Assembly: GCA_001600695.1 (NCBI GenBank)
Contig: BCKQ01000003.1
Coordinates: 2,006,034-2,066,014, forward strand
Direction: 5' to 3'
Length of the DNA: 59,981 nucleotides
Source: Ascoidea asiatica JCM 7603
Lineage: Eukaryota; Fungi; Ascomycota
The position numbers and the translations under genes are program-made. The notes beneath the pieces were generated by a model. The model was not told where the DNA came from, did not search any database, and was given only the letters and a program-made list of their open reading frames with translations. Shown one piece after another: positions 9,220-19,784 of the stretch (positions are counted from its first letter, which is position 1; every line of letters begins with the position of its first letter).

Positions 9220-12126
9220 ATGATCTCATCTTTGAATTTTTATAAAAAATTGATAACGTTGTTCATTAGTAAAAAAAAATATCATAAATATTACGGTTAT
9301 TCTTTAGATATTAAACACATATATATATTAGCTAATAGTAATTTCTCAACTAACTCAATTTGTTTAAAAATTAATCCTGATTCAGTAAACTATTTAATTT
9401 TGTTCAATATTAATAATTTTTCAAATTTAATTCTAGTTAATAATTTTACAAATATTTTCATTTTCAACTTTTCTTCAAATCTAATCAATTCAAAATTATT
9501 ATTTTTTCAAATTAAAGATCTAGGAATTTTTGAAAAAATCAAATCTTTACAAAAACATGCAAAAAATAATAATAATTTTGGTAAAATACTTAAAGTTAAA
9601 TTTTTCAATTTTCTGGTTGATATTAATAATAATATGAATGATAATACCAATGATAATATTGACAATAATAATAATGATAATAATAATATCCATAGAAATG
9701 TTAAAAATTTATCAAATTCTATAAATAATTATAACTTTTTCATTAAATTTATCTATTTTTTTATCATCAATGAAAACCAAGTTCAAAATATTTGTAATTC
9801 AAGCAACATTAATGAAATTATAAATAAAGTAAATAAAATCTCTTTAAATGATATATTATTATTCAAGCCAACCAATTCTTCAATAAATAATTCAAGTGAA
9901 AACTCAAATCAAAATTTATTTGATATTTCAGATACAATTCATAATGCAATTGATAATTCAATACAAAAATTAGATAAAATAACTTTTTTACCTGAAAGTC
10001 CAAGTAATGATAAATACTTAAATCAAATATTAAATCCAATTTCAGTTTCACAGATTTTAAATATTCATAATATTAATACCAATACCAATAACAATAATTC
10101 TTCCAATTATCCAATTGAATCCAATGAAATACCACAAATAAAAATTTCAATGAATGAATCTTCCAAAAATATTTTAGATGATCCAATTTCTTACTCTATG
10201 AGAGAAAAAAATTCAATTGTTTATTTGATTTTCGAAAATAATTATCAAATATTTAATAAAAAATTAAGATTAAATGATACTTTAGATAATTCTCAGGTAA
10301 TAAGAGTTATTCCAAGTAATTCTCAATATGATGATTTGATTTTTGAAGATGAAACTGAAAGTTTATCAAAAAATAAAATTCAACAAAAATATCAAAATAA
10401 TTCAAACCAAAGGGAAGAAAGTTTATCGAATTCGAATTTAAATACGCCTTCTAATATATCAAATGATTCTGGGCCTTTATTTTATACTTTACCCTTAATA
10501 AACTTATTTATTGAATCATTGGATATTAAACTCATAGATTCCATATACAAGCAAATTATAAATCTAAAATTTAAAAATATTGAAATTGATTTGAATACCA
10601 GTTATACTTATTTCAATATATCTGAATGTTCTCAAATTTGTAATATTTTGAATTTAAATAATAAATTAAAAGAAATTTTAGTTCGAGTATTTTGTGAAAA
10701 GAAATTATTTTTGAAAATTCCAAAAATTTATATTTATACATTATTAAATTTTTATATCTATTTTTTGAAAGATAAAAATTATAAATTCGTTAAAACAGTA
10801 GAAGAAAAAAATCATTTTTTTGATATTCAAAAAAACATTCAATCTAAAGTGAATAATATATCTATTTTATTGAATGAAAATCAAAATGGAGTTCACCCAT
10901 TATTAAAATTAGAATCAAGTAAATTTGAGAATTATTCACCAAATTTTCATGATAATGAGGTTCGAAATTATAAAGTGAATTTTCAGTCTATAAATGACAT
11001 TGAAAGTATAAAAGAAATTAGCACAGAAACAGGAACAAATTCATCATGGACAAATAATAAAAACTCTCCAATCATACTCAATAATAATCCTTTTGGTACT
11101 CCGAATCTAGATTTTGATTTTAGTTCCAATTTAATCAAAGAAGATTCAAAAGATTCTTATCAAAAAGTTAAAAAAAAATCAAATAATGTGGGGTCAAAAT
11201 CTTCTAATACTAGAGGTAGATCTTCTTCTGTAATTTCAAGATTGAGAACAAGAGGTTCAACAGTTGAAATTTCTCCAGTGCCAAGTTTAGAAGACAATAA
11301 ATTTCATTCAACTAAAATCAAAATTTCAAATAAAAAAAATAGTAAATCTGTTAGTAATAGTAATAGTAATAATAACAACAATACTAATAATATTCTTAAA
11401 ACCAAGCAGAGCTTTGAAGTTGCTGAAAAGAATAATAGAACTGAAAAAGTTTCTACAGAAACATCTAGAGAATCCTCAATAATTTTAGAAAATCCTTATA
11501 AACGTCAAAAGACTTCTTCAGCAATTGACAGACTACAAAACTCGAACTCCGAAAAAAGTTACCAATTGAAATTTCCATCTTTTGAATTAATGTCTGCTAT
11601 TTCTAAAATTAAAAATACTAGTATCGCTGAATTATTAAACAAACTGAAAGCTGGAGAAAATGATAATAATGAAAGTAAATTTAAGGAAGAGTTTAATAGA
11701 AATAAGGTTGAGAGTGATAAGGATATACCGAATTGTAATATTAAATCACTAGAGGATAACAAAAAAAATAAAAAAAATGAAGAAATAATCGAATTATCTA
11801 ATGATTTAATTATTAAATTAGTTAAAGAAGTTAAGAAAAATAATTTTTTTTTAGATTTGTTAACAAAAGATGTTTCAGATGTAATCAAAATACTAAAAAT
11901 TGAAAAGGATCAAGAAGAGGATGAAATAAAAGAAATTAAAGATGGAATAATTGATGATGAAGTTTATGTTAAAAATAAGAAAGGTGAAAAAGATTTAGAA
12001 GAAATCAATAGATTATTGAATTTTAAAATAAAAAGATTAAAAAGTCAACGCGCTTTTTTAAAAGAACAATTGTATATATGTGAAGAAGAATTAAAATACT
12101 GTAGAAAATCAAACTCAAAACATTGA
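9220..12126 (+). CDS. Uncharacterised ~968-aa Asn-rich protein with C-terminal coiled coil
   Basis: 2.9-kb ORF; track starts at TTG 9214, first in-frame ATG is 9220; C-terminus LEEINRLLNFKIKRLKSQRAFLKEQLYICEEEL is helical/coiled-coil like. Confidence 0.7.
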   Translation: MISSLNFYKKLITLFISKKKYHKYYGYSLDIKHIYILANSNFSTNSICLKINPDSVNYLILFNINNFSNLILVNNFTNIFIFNFSSNLINSKLLFFQIKDLGIFEKIKSLQKHAKNNNNFGKILKVKFFNFLVDINNNMNDNTNDNIDNNNNDNNNIHRNVKNLSNSINNYNFFIKFIYFFIINENQVQNICNSSNINEIINKVNKISLNDILLFKPTNSSINNSSENSNQNLFDISDTIHNAIDNSIQKLDKITFLPESPSNDKYLNQILNPISVSQILNIHNINTNTNNNNSSNYPIESNEIPQIKISMNESSKNILDDPISYSMREKNSIVYLIFENNYQIFNKKLRLNDTLDNSQVIRVIPSNSQYDDLIFEDETESLSKNKIQQKYQNNSNQREESLSNSNLNTPSNISNDSGPLFYTLPLINLFIESLDIKLIDSIYKQIINLKFKNIEIDLNTSYTYFNISECSQICNILNLNNKLKEILVRVFCEKKLFLKIPKIYIYTLLNFYIYFLKDKNYKFVKTVEEKNHFFDIQKNIQSKVNNISILLNENQNGVHPLLKLESSKFENYSPNFHDNEVRNYKVNFQSINDIESIKEISTETGTNSSWTNNKNSPIILNNNPFGTPNLDFDFSSNLIKEDSKDSYQKVKKKSNNVGSKSSNTRGRSSSVISRLRTRGSTVEISPVPSLEDNKFHSTKIKISNKKNSKSVSNSNSNNNNNTNNILKTKQSFEVAEKNNRTEKVSTETSRESSIILENPYKRQKTSSAIDRLQNSNSEKSYQLKFPSFELMSAISKIKNTSIAELLNKLKAGENDNNESKFKEEFNRNKVESDKDIPNCNIKSLEDNKKNKKNEEIIELSNDLIIKLVKEVKKNNFFLDLLTKDVSDVIKILKIEKDQEEDEIKEIKDGIIDDEVYVKNKKGEKDLEEINRLLNFKIKRLKSQRAFLKEQLYICEEELKYCRKSNSKH

Positions 12127-12999
12127 TCTACACTGAAAAGCATTTAATATTCACATTCAGTACTTATATTCTTATGTTCATACAAATTTTAGGTAATAAG
12201 AATCATATGATATTTGCTAAAAAAGTTAAGGGTCTTGAAGTTAAACTCAAATCTTCAAATTTAGCTTTGCTTATCCAAGCAGAAAGTAAGTAAAGGAGCT
12301 TATATTTTGGCTCTTTTAGGAATAAGCTAATGGGCCTTTAAAGAGTAATGAACTCTCTTAAAAGACATGAATGATTTTTTGTTTAACTTTCTGTTTTTAT
12401 CTCAGTCTTTTTATTATGTTTGGGCGTTTTATTTTATTTTATTTATATCAATTATTATTTTTTTTTCTTATTTTTTTTTCTTTTATTCTTTTCTGTCTGA
12501 AAGTGGATTCACGAATACTCCCCAAGTGTGGAATAGCAAAGTTAGTAAAAAGATCCATGATTCTGGTTTCACTATACTAAATCCATAGTTATGGTCTCAA
12601 ATTCTAGATCCATTATATTGGTTTCTGTTTTAGAATTTCTCCCTTTTATTTTTCTGTGGTTGGTCTATCATGAATATGTCCAAAGGGTGCAGCACTTTTT
12701 CAATGCTCCAGGTACTGTTAATACGCAATTATTCACTGCTTTTAATCAAAGTAAGGCAATATTAGATAAGAAAATAAAGAGTATAAAAAGAAGGTAAAAT
12801 GACTAAAAATGATTATCAAGTAATCATGGAGTGATAATGAAATAACTATAGAATGATCATAATATATAATAATAACCTCAAATGTTCTATTATTAAACCC
12901 AAGACAAGAAAAACATATTGCTTTGCTTAAGAGAAATAACTTGCTTCCAATACTGATTTTCAAATATACTACTGAATTAAATCAAATTAACTTAAAATT

Positions 13000-14499
13000 A
13001 TGGCTGATATTGAAAACAAAAGGAACTTTAAAGAGATTCCCAATAAATCCATTCCTCATTTTGAAAAACCTTCAATAACTTTAGCTAATTTAAATTCAAA
13101 TTCATTTAGTATTTCTAAATATGATTTTCAATTTAAGTATTATTTACCTGTTATAAATCTAGATAATCAAAAAGAAATATATTTCTATTTTATTGATAAA
13201 AATCTTCGATTATCACCAGATTCCTCATTATTTTCAAACTATTACGATTATGATTCAACTTTATTAAATGAACTTACTAAAATTGACTTATCTTATAATT
13301 ATAAATATTTTAAATTTTTAGTTTTAAAGAGAAGTGTGCCTAGACTTTCTATACTATTACACTGTTTACTACTTCTTGAAGCAAAAAATGAAAAAGATGA
13401 TTTAAAAATTAAATCAGAAAATAATTCAGCCAAAATATTAGACAATAAAATTACTGATTTAAATGATATAAATGTTTTAAATGATAAATTATCTGCCTTA
13501 TCTATTACTTCTGATACTAGTGATACTAATAATATCCATAGACCTGATTTAATTTCAACTAGAGGTTGTTTAACATCTTTAGCTTGCTCCAATTTATCAA
13601 ATTATGATTGTGAATACAATATTTATTATTTTGATCAAACCTTATACATTTCAAAAAATGATTATAGAGAAAATGAATCAGAATCTGTTTTATCTGACAA
13701 GTCTAAAAAAAATATTATTGTTGGTTATAATTTTGAATCTCTTATGAATTCAAAAATTCCATTTTCAAATTCAAATAAAAAAAGAAACTTTGAAAAAGAT
13801 TATTATTTAAATAAATTGAAAAATATAACTCCAGATAATTTGAATAATAATTCAAGTTTTAATTCATTAGTTAGTTTTGATATTTCTTTTAATAACTATA
13901 AAAATGATTTTAAAAAAAATTTATCTTTTATTATTAAATGTGAAATTGACTCTTTGAAAGATTTAAATAATTCACAAAATAAATCCAATAAAAATAGTGA
14001 ATTTAATAATACTACGAATAACTTATCAAGTTATATTGAATTAAAAACATTTGTTATTCCTCCATTCTTAATTAATGAGTTCAAAAATAATTGGGAAAAT
14101 ACCCTTAGAACTAACTTTACTCTAAAAAAAAAATTAATTAATGCTTATTTTCAATGTTGGTTTACTGGTATTGAAACTCTATTAATTGGTTTTAGAGATA
14201 CCAATTATAAATTAATCACTATTAAAGAAATCAAAATCAATGAGATTTCCACAATTTTGAAATCTGGTGATATAGATAATCATAAAAGACTTTTTGGTTG
14301 TATTTCTCAATGGTTAATAAAGAATATCCCAAAAGATGAAAATAAAGCCTTTAAATTAATTTTGAATCGTGAAGAAAAAGTGTGGAATTTAACTAAAATA
14401 GAAGATAAAAATCAGGTTAAAATTGTTAAAAATTGGATAATTAGTGATGAATTTATTGATCATAGAAAAAATTTAAGAGAAAACAAAAAAGAACTTTAA
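13000..14499 (+). CDS. RAI1/DXO-family decapping exoribonuclease-like protein
   Basis: Family motifs in order: ISTRG (motif I Arg), GYNFE (II), CEIDS (III), YIELKT (IV), LKKKLINAYFQCWFTGI (V), LIGFRD (VI). Confidence 0.85.
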   Translation: MADIENKRNFKEIPNKSIPHFEKPSITLANLNSNSFSISKYDFQFKYYLPVINLDNQKEIYFYFIDKNLRLSPDSSLFSNYYDYDSTLLNELTKIDLSYNYKYFKFLVLKRSVPRLSILLHCLLLLEAKNEKDDLKIKSENNSAKILDNKITDLNDINVLNDKLSALSITSDTSDTNNIHRPDLISTRGCLTSLACSNLSNYDCEYNIYYFDQTLYISKNDYRENESESVLSDKSKKNIIVGYNFESLMNSKIPFSNSNKKRNFEKDYYLNKLKNITPDNLNNNSSFNSLVSFDISFNNYKNDFKKNLSFIIKCEIDSLKDLNNSQNKSNKNSEFNNTTNNLSSYIELKTFVIPPFLINEFKNNWENTLRTNFTLKKKLINAYFQCWFTGIETLLIGFRDTNYKLITIKEIKINEISTILKSGDIDNHKRLFGCISQWLIKNIPKDENKAFKLILNREEKVWNLTKIEDKNQVKIVKNWIISDEFIDHRKNLRENKKEL

Positions 14500-14605
14500 A
14501 ATTTTGATTCTATGGCTTATGTAAGAAATTGTTGGTAATTTAGTTGTATTCTTATAGTGTAAATGTATTTTTATAAAAAAAAATATCAAAAAACAAAACA
14601 AAACA

Positions 14606-15529
14606 TTAATATTTTGTCCATTTGAATAAAGATTCTTTTGGATTAATCAATTCTCTTTCATTTGTAGTATAATAAAATCCTTTATCTTTTCCTTGGGAAA
14701 TAATTAGCTGTAAGTAATAGAAGAAATCTTGAAATCTAAACCCATAAGTTTTCAAAGTAAACTGAGCATACTTTAGAGCATCTTCATGACTTATGAATTT
14801 TCTTTGAATTTTTAAATTACGTGATTTCTCATAATTTTCTAAAACTTGATCTACTGTAGTTTTATCCGAGAACATATGAATACAATCTGGTATTTCTTTT
14901 GAACCATTTGAATGAATTGAAATCAAAGAAGCAATAGAATTACCTATATCACTTAAAAATGATATGTAAAAATTTTGATTTGTTGGTTCAATCAAAGTTG
15001 CCAAATTTGTTTCTTTGTTATAACCAACCTGAATCAACTGATCATAGAATAATCCCTTTTTATCAGCAAATAGAGAAGTAACTATATTTATAACCTTAAT
15101 ATTAAGTTTTTTGGACTTGAAAAGCTCATATGCTTTTTCTATATTTTGTAACTTCTTGAGAAATAATCCTGGCAAGTAACTTTGGATCTGTACCAAATCC
15201 ATTCCAAAAGCAGAAGGAAAATAAAGATTGATTGTATTTGAATTTTCAACAATTGAATTAAGAATTAATTCCTGATTAACTCTGTTTCCTGTTAGATTAA
15301 TGACAGCTGTAACATCTTTCAAAGCTGAAGTCAAAGATTCTGGACTTTCTTGAATATTTGCTTCTCTATACATGATCTCTTCTGAATCAGTATATTTTGA
15401 TTTATCTCTAGTTATAGCTATAATTGGTAAGCTGAAGTTGTTTTTGAAGACATCAGATATCAAAGCATTTATTGTTGGCTTTCCTAGATAGCCATTGGTT
15501 CCAATTACAGCAACCACTGGCTTACTCAT
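14606..15529 (-). CDS. NmrA-like/CIP1-like NAD(P)-binding oxidoreductase (copy 1)
   Basis: Rossmann start MSKPVVAVIGTNGYLG, LYFPSAFGMD, DIGNSIAS, ERELINPKESLFKW. First ATG at 15529; the ORF track start at 15592 is a non-ATG codon. Confidence 0.85.
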   Translation of the reverse strand: MSKPVVAVIGTNGYLGKPTINALISDVFKNNFSLPIIAITRDKSKYTDSEEIMYREANIQESPESLTSALKDVTAVINLTGNRVNQELILNSIVENSNTINLYFPSAFGMDLVQIQSYLPGLFLKKLQNIEKAYELFKSKKLNIKVINIVTSLFADKKGLFYDQLIQVGYNKETNLATLIEPTNQNFYISFLSDIGNSIASLISIHSNGSKEIPDCIHMFSDKTTVDQVLENYEKSRNLKIQRKFISHEDALKYAQFTLKTYGFRFQDFFYYLQLIISQGKDKGFYYTTNERELINPKESLFKWTKY

Positions 15530-15983
15530 TATTTTGCAATAGTCTTTTAAAACTTTCTGATAAATGATTGTAAATATTATTGCACTCGACACTGATATAG
15601 TTTTCCTTCTAAATAGGCATTATAATCATTGTATTTTAACAATATCTGAGTAGTCTTATTTGCTTGTTTGATTTACTACTATTTTATAGAAGCTTATTAA
15701 TAAACCCCGTGCATTCAGACCCACGGATTAGTGAACTTAAAAACTGTTTCGAAATTCTAGAAGAATACCTTTCAAATTTGCAATTATCTACAACCCTCTA
15801 TTATCTTTTTGTTAGGTTAAAATCGTATAACACAATAACAGTTTTTTGATAAAAAAATAAAAATTAAAAAAATAAAAATTAAAAAAATAAAATTAAAAAA
15901 ATAAAATTAAAAACTAAAAATATAAAATACAAACAAAATAAATATACTTTGAGTCTTTGTAACAAGATGGGTGATGTTGCAAT

Positions 15984-18900
15984 CTACGTCACTGTATATC
16001 TTCCTCCTTTCTTGCTTTCTTCGTTCATAACTGCATTTATTCCTTCAATCATCGATTTCTTTATCTGAGCAACAGCCTGGGCAACCTGATGTGAAGTATC
16101 ACCTTCAAGTAATAAATACAACTTTGGTTCATCTTTTTCGTTTTTTGGTGATTCATTTTTGTTATAAAATCGACCTTTAGTTGTAATTGATGTACCACTT
16201 TCATCTATTATTTTGGAAAGATTCTCTCTATTCGTTACAATCCATCTTACCTTCTGAGGTAAATCATTAATATTGATTTTAGAATGAAAAGCACCAGAAT
16301 CAGGGGAATCAGTGGCATGTCCTTCTTTAACCACAAAATCAGAAAATTTACTCAATTCTTTTATAATATGAGAGTTATTAATATCTGAATTCAAATTTTT
16401 TCCATTAATTCCAGTAGAACCATTTTCTGTTTCATTATCCGGAACATTATTCTCTAATTTCCTAGTTTGATCTCTTTTTTCATCAAATTTTTCCAATCCA
16501 TGACCTCCAAATCCTCCAGACTTCTTTTCCTTTCCTTCTTTGACTTTAGAGTAGAATTTATCTGCAAGTGCTTTTAAATTTTCTGGAATTTTTTCAATCT
16601 TACTGAGCTTCATAGCTTTATATACATCATTTGCTGCTCTTTCTTGATCCTCAGTTAAAAAAGTAATAGCTGTTCCTTTTTCGCCTGCTCTTCCAGTACG
16701 ACCAACTCTATGAACATAATCTTCCATATGACTTGGAGGGTCATAATTTATTACCAAATTTAAATTTTTAACATCCAAACCTCTTGCAGCAACTGATGTT
16801 GCAATTAATATTCTTTTTGATGAATTATTCTTACGAAATTCAGATATAGCTTTATCTCGATCCACTTGAGATTTTCCCCCGTGTAATGTTAACAAATCTT
16901 GAGAATAACCTTTTGCAGATAATTTTGTATCTAAAATATTACAATAGTCTTGTCTTTCAACAAATATCAATACTTTACCATCAGGATCCGAATATTTAAA
17001 ATCTCGTATAATATCTAAAAGTCTATTGAATTTTTGATTTGAAATTAATGAATCTAGTGAATTGCTGTTGAAAATTTCAATTTTTTGATTTATTTCATTT
17101 GCAACGACACTTTTACCACCAACAATTATTTCAACTTGATTTTTCAAAATTTTCCTTGCCAACGTTTCCATCTTTTGTGGAAAAGTAGCAGAAAATAAAA
17201 CAGTTTGTCTATCTGGTCTTATATTTTTTATTATATTCTTAATTTGTGGTTCAAATCCTAAATCAAACATTCTATCTGATTCATCTAAAATAAGAAAAGT
17301 GACTCTTTTTAAATTCGTAACACGGCCACCATTGGCAACCAATAAATCAATAATTCTTCCTGGTGTTCCAACTAATATTTCACAACTCTTTTTTAATTCT
17401 GCAATTTGATTTTTTATTGGCGAACCACCATAAGCACAACAAACTTTGAAAGAATTGAAAGAATTTGAATGTGTAATATTTGAGTTGTTGAAAAGCAAAA
17501 TTTCTTTTTTAATTTGTAAAGCTAATTCTCTAGTAGGTGTTAATATTAAGGCTATTGGACCTTCATTTTTTTTCAAAGGTCTTTGATTTTTAATATGCCT
17601 GAATAAAGGTAATAAAAATGATAAAGTTTTGCCGGAACCAGTTTTTGCAACTCCTATAACATCTCTTCCCGACATTATGGCAGGTATAGCTTGAGATTGA
17701 ATCGGAGATGGTTTTTTAAAATGTAAATTATTTATAATAATATTCATTATTGAAGAAGGTAAACCTAATTGAGACCATTTTATTATAGGTTTTGGACATT
17801 TCTTACCTTTTACTCTAATATCATCCATTTGTAATCTTAAATTAATAATTTCAATGTTAGAAAGAGAAGAAATTTCATTTGATTCAACATAAAAATCTTT
17901 TCTAAATGATTCATAATCAATTTTGGAATGATCTATTTGAATAATTTCTTTTTTATTTTTTCTTTCTAATAATTTTAATAATTCTTCAGGAGATTTGTTG
18001 ATATTATCATCTTCATCAAAATAATCAATTAACTCATTTTGAATATCATTATCATTATCTTCTTCTTCAAATAATATTTCTTCATTTGAATTTAAATCTT
18101 TGATATTATCTTTATTTCTAGAATTATAATCATTTGAAAACTCATTAGGAGTAGTTGTAACAGTACTATTTGAAGAGATATCTGAATAATCATTTGAACT
18201 ATAATTTGATTCAGTAGGTTTGATTGAATTTGAATTAAAGTTATTTTTATTGGATTGGGTATTAACATTTTGGTTAGTTTCAATATTTCCATTTAAATTT
18301 ATATTTTTTTTAATTAAATCTTCTCTTAATTTTACAATTTTTATATCTTTCATATATCTTTCAAAAGGATCTTCTTCTTCATAACTTTTATTTTTATTTT
18401 TATTTTCAAAATTTTCATTATTTTCATTATTTTCAGATTTTTCAAGTTTTTCAAGTTTTTCATTTTCAATTAAATTATTTTTATAAACTGAATTTCCTTG
18501 AAGATTATTACTTTTTTCTTCGAAAAAAAATTTTGACATAAATTTTGGAGTTTGAAACTTACGCATTGAGTTAATTGAAGATGTTTTATACAAATTTTCC
18601 TCTTTATAATTATGATTAAAATTACCATTATTAATTTTACTGTTTTTACTATTGCTTTTATGATTTTTGAAATCATTATTATTATTATTATTATTATTAT
18701 CATTATCATCATCACTATTGAAAACGAATTTCCTTTTTAGTGGGGTTTTTATGATGCCATTATTCTTTTTGAATACAGAATTTTTAGTTCTTTTAAGATT
18801 TGAGTTTATATTTAAATCTGAATTAGAAATGTGAGTATTAGTATTATTAGTATTATTATTTGTATTATTATTATTATTAATATTAGTAACATTAGAGTTA

Positions 18901-19289
18901 ATAGAATTATAAATTGAATTTCTCTTACCATTAAGACCATTAGAGAATCCGTTAGAAGATAATCTCTTAGTAGGGTTACTTGATTCATTGATGACTTTAT
19001 TTCCAGAAGTACTATGCAAACTAGGTTGATTATTTCGAATTTTATTTATTTTCAAATTTTTTCCATTATTGATTTTAAGAGAATCATCAGATAATTTTAA
19101 TTTTACATCGTTTTTGGAAGGTATTTTTTTGATAGTATTGATTAGATTGATTCCTTCAGATAAAGAATCTTTTTTTTTCTTTTGTTCTTCTTTCTTTTTT
19201 TTCCAAGCTTTTAATTTTTCTATTCTAGCCTGTTTTTTTTTATCTTCCAAAGATTTTTTATCAAAATTTACATTTGAAGAAGTCTCCAT
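15984..19289 (-). CDS. PRP5: Pre-mRNA splicing DEAD-box helicase Prp5
   Basis: RIEKLKAWKKKK N-terminus, FRKDFYVE, PIQSQAIPAIMSGRDVIGVAKTGSGKT, PTRELA, GTPGRIID..ANGGRVTNLKRVT, FSAT, HRVGRTGRAG, C-terminal KH-like ININDLPQKVRW..ITTKGRFY, ends GRYTV. Confidence 0.95.
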   Translation of the reverse strand: METSSNVNFDKKSLEDKKKQARIEKLKAWKKKKEEQKKKKDSLSEGINLINTIKKIPSKNDVKLKLSDDSLKINNGKNLKINKIRNNQPSLHSTSGNKVINESSNPTKRLSSNGFSNGLNGKRNSIYNSINSNVTNINNNNNTNNNTNNTNTHISNSDLNINSNLKRTKNSVFKKNNGIIKTPLKRKFVFNSDDDNDNNNNNNNNDFKNHKSNSKNSKINNGNFNHNYKEENLYKTSSINSMRKFQTPKFMSKFFFEEKSNNLQGNSVYKNNLIENEKLEKLEKSENNENNENFENKNKNKSYEEEDPFERYMKDIKIVKLREDLIKKNINLNGNIETNQNVNTQSNKNNFNSNSIKPTESNYSSNDYSDISSNSTVTTTPNEFSNDYNSRNKDNIKDLNSNEEILFEEEDNDNDIQNELIDYFDEDDNINKSPEELLKLLERKNKKEIIQIDHSKIDYESFRKDFYVESNEISSLSNIEIINLRLQMDDIRVKGKKCPKPIIKWSQLGLPSSIMNIIINNLHFKKPSPIQSQAIPAIMSGRDVIGVAKTGSGKTLSFLLPLFRHIKNQRPLKKNEGPIALILTPTRELALQIKKEILLFNNSNITHSNSFNSFKVCCAYGGSPIKNQIAELKKSCEILVGTPGRIIDLLVANGGRVTNLKRVTFLILDESDRMFDLGFEPQIKNIIKNIRPDRQTVLFSATFPQKMETLARKILKNQVEIIVGGKSVVANEINQKIEIFNSNSLDSLISNQKFNRLLDIIRDFKYSDPDGKVLIFVERQDYCNILDTKLSAKGYSQDLLTLHGGKSQVDRDKAISEFRKNNSSKRILIATSVAARGLDVKNLNLVINYDPPSHMEDYVHRVGRTGRAGEKGTAITFLTEDQERAANDVYKAMKLSKIEKIPENLKALADKFYSKVKEGKEKKSGGFGGHGLEKFDEKRDQTRKLENNVPDNETENGSTGINGKNLNSDINNSHIIKELSKFSDFVVKEGHATDSPDSGAFHSKININDLPQKVRWIVTNRENLSKIIDESGTSITTKGRFYNKNESPKNEKDEPKLYLLLEGDTSHQVAQAVAQIKKSMIEGINAVMNEESKKGGRYTVT

Positions 19290-19784
19290 AGTTTAAAATC
19301 GAGTAGATTATTGTTGCTGTTCCTATAATCTGGAGTTTTAAAATAAATGGTTTGACTATTTGTAATTGATTCTAAAATTGATTCTTGATATAGTCTTTGT
19401 TTGATTTATTTTCGATATATAAAAAAAACGAAAAACCAAGATATAAGTCCATCTTTTTACTGTGTAAGAATATCAAATCCAAATCATCCCCAGTATAACT
19501 TTATCCCATGATTCTTTTGATATTATCTCGATTTCATTTTTGTATTTCTCAGTTTGTTTTACAGTGTGTTTCTCAGTGTGTTTCTCAGTGTGTTTTGCAA
19601 GGTGCGTACCGTCCAGAGCTTTTGACCCATTCCACTGGAAACAAAGTGCATGACGGTGTTACGACATGCCAGTGGGTGCATGGCTACATTAACTGGCATT
19701 GCATCCACCGTTGTGGTTTTAGGATTGTAATTTTATTTATTTTATGCAACATGGTTACATATTTTGTTATTTATTATTTATTAT

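Noticed and set aside
12367-12963. Hydrophobic short ORFs between the large orphan and the RAI1-like gene
   Set aside because: Hydrophobicity comes from poly-T tracts; no coherent exon structure or homology recognised.
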